DNA from: Octopus vulgaris
Taxonomy: Eukaryota
Assembly: GCA_951406725.2 (NCBI GenBank)
Contig: OX597817.1
Coordinates: 97,340,001 to 97,404,000, forward strand
Reading direction: 5' to 3'
Length of the DNA: 64,000 nucleotides
The position numbers were made by a program, and so were the translations under genes. Below, one piece after another: positions 1-11,486 of the stretch; positions within the stretch are counted from its first letter, which is position 1, and every line of letters begins with the position of its first letter. The notes beneath the pieces were generated by a model that made no database searches, was not told where the DNA came from, and saw nothing but the letters and a program-made list of their open reading frames with translations.

Positions 1-85
1 CAGTTAGAATCTCATATTCTACTCTCCCCAATATGGGTACCACCATAGCAAGGTTAAATAGAAAGAATCTTAAATTTGCAAGAGG

Positions 86-87
<2 letters not shown>

Positions 88-152
<65 letters not shown>
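88..152. repeat. (AAT)n microsatellite
   Basis: Direct reading; explains the poly-N ORF. Confidence 0.95.
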
Positions 153-155
<3 letters not shown>

Positions 156-331
156 GTCAACACTAACTTGAACCCCTACAATGTGAATAATAATATTAAT
201 GGTGACGTGGAATGAATGTTAATGATACTACAGTTGAAGGATGGAGTGATAATAACAGATACGAAAATAATACATACAATAGTAGTGGTAGGTTAATATT
301 AATAGTGATAATGATAATAATTATATGAATA

Positions 332-723
332 TCTTTATATATAAAAGTAAGGTTGTGTGTCTGTCTCCTACGATTTAGATTCCTAACTACTCCCACATTT
401 TGCGGTGCAGTTTAACCAAAACCGGGTATCTTATAGTCGTGATTCATATCGAGCCCTTCTGGGTATTAGCGCGCGTCTACGATGAGTCTACGATTTAAAA
501 AAAATTTACCATAATTTTTTCCATTTTAATGCATTTATATAAGTATAAGGGAAGTAACTCTCTAAAAATGTCTACGATGAGTCAACGATTTTTTTTTTAA
601 ATTACCATCATTTTTTTTCCATTTTTAATGCATTTTTTTGCTATTTTTTGGCTATAACTCTCTAAAAATGCTTATATAGTTATTTCCCTTACAAACCCGA
701 GCAACGCCGGGCGATACTGCTAG
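332..723 (+). mobile_element. Non-autonomous Helitron
   Basis: A|TCTTTATATATAAAAG 5' end; 3' hairpin CCCGAGCAACGCCGGG then CTAG|T; inserted between A and T, no TSD; internal tandem duplication. Confidence 0.75.
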
Positions 724-779
724 TCATTAATATTAATAGTATAATAATGATATGAATATCAATAATATTAATAGTCGTA

Positions 780-1190
780 ATTCTCCTAGTTGCAATTGTA
801 GAGTTAAATCCTACTGTCCGTTATTAGGCTGATGTCTAATCCAAAACGTAATCTATAAGTGTACAATTACAACTGTGGCTGGTAGCTTTATATACATAGG
901 ATGTTCTATAAGTATGAAAAAACGTATTAATAACCATTTTTCATCTCAAACATAAGGCCAATTGTTCGTCCTTATCTAGCAAGATTTGGGAACTGAAGGA
1001 AAGCTGAACTGAATTTAGCCTTAAATGGGATATTATAAGGAAAGTGTAACCTTATAGAGATAGTCGATACGGGTGCGAATTGTGCTCTATGGAAACTTAT
1101 GAGATTTTTAAGTATAGGGACAAGAGCAACCTGATTAATAATAGATTAGACCTAAGGGTATCATACGTACATAGTCACCTGGACATTTAA
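780..1190 (+). mobile_element. Penelope-like GIY-YIG endonuclease remnant
   Basis: Degenerate translation CNCRVKSYCPLLG*CLIQNVIYKC...YIG...KRINNH...LSSKIWELKE...KWDII...CELC. Confidence 0.7.
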
Positions 1191-1759
1191 ATATTTTCTA
1201 AATTAGCGTTTAAAGGTGTTATCCTTGAACCTAGATAGGGGAAATTAATTTTTAGTGTCATATCTGATGTGAACTTACCCCCTAGTATTATATATAATAA
1301 AATCATGGGATATTGAGTTATATGGTGAATTAAAATGCATTGCACATATTATAAGCTATATGGTATAGTATATGGAATGCTACATGTAGTTACTATCCTA
1401 TGAATAATCCTGCCAAGTTAGTCTGACTTCATCATGTTTTTGGTGATTAAACTATTTATTCCTTTCTACCCTACTAATCATATTATTTATTTTGTAATGG
1501 CTTTTATGTAAGTAAGCCTCCTTATTATATACCCCTGTGAAACTTTAAAATCATGTATGTAATAAAGGTAACTTTATAACTTATAAAATACCCCTTCGGT
1601 CTGAATACCTCCTACTCCCTCACTACTAGCATACGTATTGTGAGAATATCTTTATCTCTCCCCTACATCAAATTTTAATACTCTGACTCTTTAAAATGTA
1701 AGTTATATATATTTTCTTACTATTCTCTATAATTTCTTATTATTTTGTTTTCTTATATA

Positions 1760-2139
1760 GGCGCAGGAGTGGCTGTGTGATAAGTAGCTTGCTTACCAAC
1801 CACATGGTTCCGGGTTCAGTCCCACTGCGTGGCACCTTGCGAAAATGTCTTCTACTATAGCCTCGGGCCGACCAAAACCTTGTGAGTGGATTTGGTAGAC
1901 AGAAACTGAAAGAAGCCCGTTGTACATATTTATATATATATATGTGTGTGTATATGTTTGTGCGTCTGTGCTTGTCTGGTGTATTTATGTCCCCGTAACT
2001 TAGCGGTTCGGCAAAAAAGTGACCGATAGAATAAGTACTAGGCTTACAAAGAATAAGCCCTGGAGTCAATTTGCTCGACTACAGGCAGTGCCCCAGCATG
2101 GCCACAATCAAATGACTGAAACAAATAAAAGAATAAAGA
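1760..2139 (+). mobile_element. tRNA-derived SINE, family A
   Basis: Head GGCGCAGGAGTGGCTGTG... with B-box-like GGTTCAGTCCC, body and A-rich tail; multiple copies in the window. Confidence 0.85.
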
Positions 2140-3053
2140 ATTATTTTGATACCTTTACCTATTAACCTCTTATCCCTTATAAGTTGTTAATATTCTTAAA
2201 TAGAGTTATAAACTTTCTAGTTACTTAAACCTATGAGAATTGATTATAACATACCCATAATAAAGTAGAAATGTTTGTGTATATTTGCAGATGAGCACAT
2301 AGTTAAATATGTGTATCTGTGCACAACTTTTTTTCTGATTCTTAGCTTATAATTAATATATAAATAGCATGATTTATCGCCCCAGTATCCTATAAGTAAA
2401 TACCAGAACAGTCTTTATAGATACCACCTGATAAGTAAATAATTAAATACCTGTATGAATATTAAACTAATTCTATGTAATCTTCCCTTTCTAATGTTTA
2501 AAATTGGTATATATACACATTTATCTATCCTGGTTATAATATCGTTTTTAATAATCTTAAATTTTATCTTTATACAGTATAATAATATTGTTTATATACA
2601 ATCACCCACAGTACTCCTTGATAATTTCCTCTGTATTAACATCATAGGTTTTATTAGCGTCTTGCTCCTTTAACTGGTAATTAACATCTTGATTTAGGGT
2701 CTTTCCCTACCCAGCCTCCTTTATAGACAGTTACTTTATACTAAACCTAAGATCCTGACAATATTTATGACTATACCCAGCCACGTACTGTCAACTCATT
2801 CCTGCCCTCCATTCTAAACAGACACAATCCACTAGTCTTTTGGTAGTTGATAATAAGACTAATAAATTAAAAATAAACAATAATCCTTTACAAGCTGACC
2901 CCTACAAAACTTCATACAGTTCTTAGAAGTGTAGTATATTTTTAACTACATTAATGATAGCATGGACTCTTTCCCTATTCTAGCTCTATTAGAGCATTTG
3001 AGTAAAATTATAGTAATGTGTCCAACTGATTAAAAAATTCTATTTATTTATTT

Positions 3054-3141
3054 ATGCAGCTGAGGAAATCCCTGCATTTAAATTGGTGTAAGGATTGCAT
3101 TGTTCAAGTAAATGGAGCTGCTTGAAACGGTCGTACTGCAT
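3054..3141 (+). ncRNA. Candidate type I hammerhead ribozyme
   Basis: Stem I ATGCAG/CTGCAT; core CTGAGGA; hairpin AATCC..GGATT in an expanded stem II; GAAA-C-ggtc-G-TA (GUA cleavage triplet). Confidence 0.6.
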
Positions 3142-3250
3142 TACCTCTTGATATCTTGTTGCATATTTTGATTTTATTCACCTTACCTTGAGTTGTACGG
3201 ATAATACCACACTTACCTGGTGCTTCAACTTAAGCACCTAATTCAACTGA

Positions 3251-3548
3251 ATATATATATATAAATTAGAAAAAAACACCTTTAATCAATTCAATAATGA
3301 AAAAATTAAATTATACCATTTAGAAAAAATTACATCTTATAGAAAGATTAAATATAAGATAAAACATATACCAATGATTAAGTAATGTACAAAATAATAA
3401 ATAAAATGTATATGTTTATCATTTTGCACATTACATAATCATTGGTATATGTTTTATCTTATATTTAATCTTTCTATAAGATGTAATTTTCCTAAATGGT
3501 ATGATTTAATTTTTTCATTATTGAATTGATTAAAGGTGTTTTTTTCTA

Positions 3549-3560
<12 letters not shown>
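3251..3560. repeat. Foldback palindrome, ~150-bp arms, flanked by (TA)n
   Basis: AAATTAGAAAAAAACACCTTTAATC... is near-perfectly complementary to ...GATTAAAGGTGTTTTTTTCTAATTT. Confidence 0.85.
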
Positions 3561-3593
<33 letters not shown>

Positions 3594-3656
3594 GAAATTT
3601 GATTTAGTATTTCTAAATTGAATTATTTCCCTGTAAGTTTGGAATAATATTCCCTC

Positions 3657-3718
<62 letters not shown>

Positions 3719-3776
3719 TTTTTTTTGTACTTGTTTCAGTCATTCGACCGCGGCCATGCTGGAGCACCGCCTTTAG

Positions 3777-3943
3777 AGTGGTGAAAGAGTACAGCAGGGA
3801 TCACCACCATCCCCTGCCGGAGCCTCGTGGAGCTTTTAGGTGTTTTCGCTCAATAAACACACACAACGCCCGGTCTGGGAATCGAAACCGCGATCCTCCG
3901 ACCGCAAGTCCGCTGCCCTAACCACTGGGCCATTGCGCCTCCA
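3777..3943 (-). mobile_element. tRNA-derived SINE family C (5' part), next to a family A tail fragment (3727-3775)
   Basis: Minus strand TGGAGGCGCAATGGCCCAGTGGTTAGGGCAGCGG...GGTTTCGATTCCC; homologous to 9005-9337. Confidence 0.8.
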
Positions 3944-5652
3944 TATGTACAGCAAAAATTTAGATTCAGATGAATATGGTACTACCCGTACTACAAATAT
4001 TTTAGAAATTAGCACTTTATTGATCTTGTGATTTAAAACCTATAATATACCCCTTAGTTTAAAATCAGTGCATAGGTAGCATGCCTTACAGCATTAATTT
4101 TCCTTTAGTTAATACTGGGTATCAGTTATTATAGATACAAGCTAATTAAGTTAATAAACAATTTTTAATTTTAAATTCTTGAATTATTACATATTTTCTA
4201 TAAATCTTTTCTATTGAAGTTACTAAGTTGTATATATACTTCATCTTGATTTTAGTGATTAAGCTATTTTATAGCCTTTTCTATGGTGTTTCTACCCTAC
4301 CTGATCATTTTAATACTTTATAATTGTCTTTAGACAAACCTAAATTTTTGTACCCCTATAAAAATTAAACTGTTTAGATTACAATTTAACTAATTTATAG
4401 TAAATTTGTTCTCTCACCTCAATGATAAATCTTCCTGATAACCCTAAATTTTAACTTTATATAATAAGACAATATTGTTTGAAATGATCTTTAGAAATTA
4501 CTTGATTTATTTATTTCCTAAATGGCTCTACACTCCTGATCTTAGTATTTATAAGGGCCTTTAAATAAATAACCCTTCTAAACAAGTACCACTAAGAAAC
4601 TATAAATATAATGTAGGGAGTAACAATAATAACTTCTTAAATCTATAAAATAAACCTTATTTTTTAAAAAAAGATTAGTGTAAAATATGAATGTTCCATA
4701 ACTTAAATATTCCTTTAGCTGATACCAGACATCAATCTTTTATTGATATTAGCTAAATAAGTAAATATATAATTTTTAGTCTAATATATTTTGAATTATT
4801 GTACTTTGTCTAAAAATCTTCTCTATTGGTGTTAATAAGCAACATATTCTTTACCATAGTATTAGTAATTAAGATATTATTTTTCTTTTCTATGGTGTTC
4901 TGCCCTACTTGATTATTTATATTTCATTTCTTTATTATTTGATAATTAGCCTTTATTTATTTATAAAATTAATCTAATTTTTGTATCTCTATAAATTCAT
5001 ACTTAGCTTATATAAAACTATACTGGTAAACGGCTTAGATTATAATTTTATTAATATATAATTAGCATGTTCTTTTACCTCAATACTTCTTTATTAATAC
5101 CAGTATATACCAATTAATCCATATTCACAGATACCATCTGATGATTTAGTATTTAAGTGTACAATATGTATAAATATTAAACTATTTCTGGATAATTTCT
5201 TTTCCTCCCTCTATTGTGGTAAAAGTTTGGTATATATTCAAAAGTATTCATCAATTTCTATCCTTTTGTTATAATATTCTTCTTAATAATCCTCTGAATA
5301 ACCCTAATTTTAACTGTATACAATATAGCAACATTATTTAAAATATTTAACTATAGTACTACATGATAAGACTTCCCCTGTTTCATTATCAATGGTCTAC
5401 TAGTGGGCGACCCCCTTAATTGTCAGCTAACATCTTGTTTTAAGTTTTCCTTTACCAAACCTCATGACATTGCTTCTAATAAATCTTGATTTTTTATGAC
5501 TACAACAACTATGATTTCTGTCTGCTCCCTCAGCCCTACCCCTAACAGATACTGCCCTTTGTTCTCTCAACCATAGATATACAAGGATTTGATAAACTAG
5601 TCTATAAATTAAAACTGAACCCATAAAAACGAAAACAAAAATCAATGACAGG

Positions 5653-8600
5653 CAGATGCCTTCAGCTAGGCCGAAATAATGTCTTCGCCACTTGACCCTT
5701 TCTAACCTCTTCTACTTCGCCAAAAGCTAGAATAGAGATAACAAGACCACCAACTAAACCTATTGTTCTCAATGAGATGTCTATCCTTCTGGATAGTTAT
5801 AAAAGCAAGAACCCCCAAGCAAAAACCAAGTAGTCACTTGGCGACAACTGAGCGAGGCGGCTCGTGATGACTCAATTAGTTAGGGAACGGACTGCTAGAA
5901 TCATGAGCACAAGGAATGCAGCTACTAAAGATAATGGTCAGCGAGAGAAAGGAAATTTGCTGTCAGCAACTGAGACAACACCCTACAACTCTCACTAGCT
6001 CTAATTCTGTTCTCTTACAACATCATTCTATCTCTCTCCGCAATTACTACAAAACAATGAAGAGAACACAAACACAAACTTTACTTCACATGGTTTTGGA
6101 TTTATTATAACCTGCCCGTCGAGGCAAGGTATTGTAACGTAACGGTAAATAAATACTTTCTTAAATCTTTATGCATTGTTCATCTTTCACATGCAATTAT
6201 AACAACAAATTTTTATCGTTACAACTGCTGACTCAGACATTTTATAATATTGTTTACAAATCAATTTCACCCGCTACAAGTGGTGACCCCGAACTGGAGC
6301 ATTGCAGCCTTCCCAAGAAACAACCGTTACAAACTGGTGACCCCAACGATGCACTATAACAGGCATCGCTATAAAAACAAAACTTCAACCGCAACAACTT
6401 GGTGACCTGTGTAAAGAGAATTGATACCTTCCGATGCTACATGCCGCTGCATTTTTTGCTGATTCAAACTAAAGAACTAGAATATCAACAGTCACCAAAT
6501 CAAAGAAAAAGAATCACCACCAAGATGCATCCTCCATCGACCTGCTACAGAAAGCGCTACACTGCGATGCAATCTACGATGCACTTCACAACAATAGAAC
6601 ACGGCCGACGCATAAGGAATTCGCCGACCATGAAAGCCTATAAGCGCAACATTTTGACAGCTACATGCCCAGAAACTAACTGGAAGAAAATACGGAAGCC
6701 TGCACATGCCACCTTTTCGGCACACACACGCTTTTCGTCTCGTCCCGACATACAAAGCCTGCATTGTCTATTCATTTTTGCCCGTACATAAGACTCTCAC
6801 AAAGACTTTCAACAACTCTTTTCCTTTGCATGCACATCTATTCACTTTCAGCAGTAGACTTTTAACAAAGGACACTATTTTCAGCTTAAGTTTATTTTCG
6901 CTTATTTTATTGTTCTGTTTGCACTGCACACTTTCATTTGTTTACGCGTTACACATATTCCGCGATGCACATTCTGCGATGCATACATTCCGCGATGCAC
7001 AAATTCTGCGACGACTCGTTTCCCTAAAACAGCTAAATTCATGAGCATATCTTTTTTAATGTTCTTTATTATTATTCATATTTTGCATGCACTTTCTTTT
7101 CGTTCACTTTGAAAATGTTTGTATTGTTACATACACACACGCATGTACCTTTCCTCACAGCCTGGCCTTGCATACACATCTGCACACATGGTTCATACAC
7201 ACACACAAATACTATCTCTGTCACATTCATGCACCACACATACCTTTCTCGCTTGTTTTCCAATCTCAATACGCCCTTGTAAACACAACTCATCTATGTA
7301 AGACCCAGCTGGCAGAATCGTTAGCACGCCGGGAGAAATACATAGCCGTATATCATCTGTCGTTACGTTCCGAGTTCAAATTCCGCCAAGGTCGACTTTG
7401 CCTTTCATCCTTTCGGGGTCGATAAATTAAGTACCAGTTGTGCACTGGGGTCGATGTAATCGACTTAACCCCTTTGTCTGTCCTTGTTTGTCCCCTCTGT
7501 GTTTAGCCCCTTGTGGGTAGTAAAGAAATATATGTAAGACTGTAGGTCGGTCACGCATACATGAAGTTGTTTGTCCCCTACAATGCGCCAGCATGCCACA
7601 CTTTCGCTCCTGCACGATCGAGGCATATAATACTTCATGCACCGGCTGGCAGCCTCAGCCTTACTGCATTAATCATTGGTATATTCAATACTGTACACTG
7701 TATTTGTACTCAATGCACTAGCTTTAGGCTCAGCCTTGCAAGCTCTATTGCACTCATGCACATGCACCTCTGTTATGCACATCTACTCCTTTGTTTTGCA
7801 ACACGTCTGCGTCAGCTCAATTCTTCTCCCGACTCAAAGCACGTCGGATGATCACATGCTCTGTGCACACGTTCAGACATAATTTCCACCTGTTAGACCA
7901 CTGTTTGGTCACGTAATTAACAGAGCAAATTATCTGTCTCGCGCATCACTCAAGCATGCTTACACTGTCACCCTTGCTAACTCAGCAGTTAAACATGACA
8001 ACAGCACCAGACGCATTTCACTGCTGGAAAACATTCCAAGGCCTTTACCATGCATTTCTTTGTCTCCTTCGATCGTTCGTTTCCTTTCCCGGAACATCAC
8101 TCGCGAGGGGAATGATGTAGTGGATCTTGCATGCATGAAGTGGATTCAATCTACCATAGCCAAATTTAAATCAACACTGCAACAGAACTTTTCCCACGGT
8201 GGAATAATGATTTTTCTCTGACAGCAGTTTTACATTTTCCAGATGCCTTCAGCTAGGCCAAAATATTGTCTTCGCCACTTGACCCTTTCTAACCTCTTCT
8301 ACTTCGCCAAAAGCTAGAATAGAGATAACAAGACCACTAACTAAATCTATTGTTCTCAATGAGGTGTCTATCCTTCTGGATAGTTATAAAAGCAAGAACC
8401 CCCAAGTAAAAACCAAGTAGTCACTTGGCGACAACTGAGCGAGGCGGCTCGTGACGACTCAATTAGTTAGGGAACGGACTGCTAGAATCATGAGCACAAG
8501 GAATGCAGCTACTAAAGATAATGGTCAGCGAGAGAAAGGAAATTTGCTGTCAGCAACTGAGACAACACCCTACAACTCTCACTAGCTCTAATTCTGTTCT

Positions 8601-8875
8601 CTTACAACATCATTCTATCTCTCTCCGCAATTACTACAAAACAATGAAGAGAACACAAACACAAACTTTACTTCGCATGGTTTTGGATTTATCATAACCT
8701 GCCCGTCGAGGCAAGGTATTGTAACGTAACGGTAAATAAATACTTTCTTAAAACTTCATGCATTGTTCATCTTTCACATCCTATAGTATGCAATTATAAC
8801 AACAATTTTTTATCGTTACAACTGCTGACTCAGACATTTTATAATATTGTTTACAAATCAATTTCACCCGCTAGA
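5653..8875 (+). mobile_element. Non-autonomous LTR retroelement (5' LTR 5653-6278, 5'-truncated; 3' LTR 8116-8875)
   Basis: Near-identical direct repeats (ORFs 5916 and 8503 almost identical); LTR ends ...GCTACA then PBS TGGTGACCCCGA (6281-6292, tRNA-Trp-type); PPT GAGGGGAATGA before TGTAGT at 8116; no gag/pol motifs inside. Confidence 0.85.
7308..7530 (+). mobile_element. SINE family B inserted inside the LTR element
   Basis: GCTGGCAGAATCGTTAGCAC...GAGTTCAAATTCC...GCCTTTCATCCTTTCGGGGTCGATAAA...; many copies in the window. Confidence 0.85.
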
Positions 8876-9004
8876 ATTGGTGAGCCTTGACTTCAACTAA
8901 AAACTTTATCGTTACATATATATGGTTGTCATATGTTTTTGATAACATAATTGGTTAGATAGGATGATGTCTGTATTACAATATTACAATAACCAATAAT
9001 GCCA

Positions 9005-9337
9005 CTCCGTCTGTTACGATGACGAGAGTTCCAGTTGATCCGATCAACGGAACAACAAACATGTGTACCCTTAACGTAGTTCTCGGGGAGATTCAGCGTG
9101 ACAGTGTGTGACAAGGCTGGCCCTTTGAAATACAGGTACAAGAGAAACAGGAAGAAAGAGTGAGAGAAAGTTGTGGTGAAAGAGTACAGCAGGGTTCACC
9201 AGTACCCCCTGCCGGAGGCTCGTGGAATTTTAGGTGTTTTCGCTCTATAAACACTCACAACGCCCAGTCTGGGAATCGAAGCCGCGATCCCACGACCGCG
9301 AATCCGCTGCCCTAACCACTGGGCCATTGCGCCTCCA
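9005..9337 (-). mobile_element. tRNA-derived SINE family C
   Basis: tRNA-like head with A/B boxes on the minus strand; homologous to 3777-3943. Confidence 0.8.
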
Positions 9338-9520
9338 CGATAACCAATAATATGTTGTGCATGTATAATAATATTACGATCCTGAAATTAGTATTGGCTT
9401 ATCTCTCTCTTTCTCGTAGAATCTCTAGGAAGCTTTTGTCGAACCCTAGGGTTCCGGGGAACTCTGATTAAGAAACATTGGGTCAAAGAATGATCATTGC
9501 TATAAGGTTCTTAGCGGTAT

Positions 9521-9740
9521 AGGTGAGCCTGCAGAAACGTTAGCACACCGGGCGAAATACGTAGCCGTATTTCGTCTGCCGTTATGTTCTGAGTTCAAAT
9601 TCCGCCGAGGTCGACTTTGCCTTTCATCCTTTCGGGGTCGATAAATTAAGTACCAGTTACGGACTGGGGTCAATGTAATCGACTTAATCCGTTTGTCCCC
9701 TCTGTGTTTAGCCCCTTGTGGGTAGTAAAGAAATAGGTAT
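9521..9740 (+). mobile_element. SINE family B
   Basis: Homologous to 7308-7530. Confidence 0.85.
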
Positions 9741-10305
9741 AGGTGACTTTGCAGACTTGATGGCCGAAGGCACATAACCTCTCTATAACTGGAAATAGGA
9801 AAGACTCTTGGTCAGCTGGAACTGTAAAGAAAAATCCCGACACGAAATTCCACCGTTGGACTATTCGGAGCGGAAGGTGAAGGGTGGCGTGTTGACAAGA
9901 TGGCGTTATCTCCCTTACTTCGCTTCCAATTGCGTCTGAAAAGGGACAGTATATGGATAATTACTTTTCGCTAGTCGGCAACCGAGGAATTTCATGATGG
10001 GGACACTGACTAAAAAGAAGGAAAGTTATGTGCCTCTGCCATCGAGTTACCTATACTGCTAAGAACCATAGAGGTGGGAAAGCAATGGTCACTCTCTGAC
10101 CGGCCATGAAGTTTTACAGTATGCTTCTTTTCGGAAGTACACTCTCATCTTTGAAGTACACACACACACACACACACACATTAACTAAATAAGGAAAGTG
10201 AGAGATGTTTATTCCATTTGTTGACAGGTGTTTCGTAATCTATGTCCAGTTACATCAGCGGTGCTAAATCCTTCATCTTACATATAAATAAATAATAAAT
10301 AAATA

Positions 10306-10369
<64 letters not shown>

Positions 10370-10499
10370 ACATATATACATATAAATATAATTGTGCTGT
10401 AACATAATGAACAAATCACTCATCGGAACGAATCATGATAGTGAAAATCATTGTTCTGATGTTTCATTTACACTGCTTTTTGGACAAAGTTTATTTTCT

Positions 10500-11005
10500 C
10501 TCAGCCTCCAGGCCAGCCTTTACGTCGAACCTAACATCTTTTTCCGGGGTACAAGGTTGGATGTTGTCGACTCTTTCGTCTACTTGGCAGCACTCTCTCT
10601 AAAGATGAATTTCTTGATTCTGAAAGAAATCTGAGATCGAAAAAGCCAACAAAATATTCGAAAATCGTGTCTAGTTTGATAGAAGCATCACCATCAAAGC
10701 CAAACTCAGATTCTATGAATCACGCGCTTTAACTGCCCTTTGTACTCTTCTGGGACTTGGACTATCGTCGTTACATCAAGGTTTTGGAAAGATTCCATCA
10801 AACGTGCCTTGGCAGGATCTTAAGCAGCAAATGGCAGTTTCTAACACCAGACATCGTTCGTCTTCAGCATGCCAACACATCCGGCATTGAAATGCTTTTC
10901 ATATACAATCAGATGAATTGAGTTGGGCGCCTTAGTAGGATGCAGGATGACAGGTTACCTAAGGAGTTGTTTTATGGGGAGTTGCCACGTGATAAACGTC
11001 CTTTT
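10500..11005 (+). mobile_element. RTE-like LINE 3' ORF remnant
   Basis: Frameshifted motifs LDVVDSFVYL..., KVLERFHQTCL, MQDDRLPKELFYGEL. Confidence 0.65.
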
Positions 11006-11263
11006 CTTTCTTCCGCCTGTAACAACTAACTTGTATAAGCACATACCAGATTTTGTGCGCGTGCGTGTGTGCGCGTACATATTTTTTTTTATTTTTTTTT
11101 TTATTTACTTGTTTCAGTCATTTTGACTGCGGCCATGCTGGAGCACCGCCTTTTAGTCGAGCAACTCGACCCCGGGACTCATTCTTTTTGTAAGCCCAGT
11201 ACTTATTCTATCGGTCTCTTTTTGCCGAACCGCTATATATATGCACACACACATTTGTATATA

Positions 11264-11405
11264 CAGTAGAACCTCGGTTTTCGAACAACTTTGATCACGA
11301 ATAAATGGTACTTTATCTCCTTTCTTTCTCATATTCATTTAATTCGTAGTACCTCCGTTTAAGAACGCCTCTGATCCCGAATAAATCGCGCTTTATATAT
11401 ATCTA

Positions 11406-11486
<81 letters not shown>

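Noticed and set aside
33-215. Poly-Asn ORF
   Set aside because: Translation of an (AAT)n microsatellite.
5916-6110. Duplicated small gene (also 8503-8697)
   Set aside because: Lies inside LTRs; the duplication is explained by LTR identity.
9260-9337. tRNA gene
   Set aside because: tRNA-like head continues into a SINE body; no complete acceptor stem.
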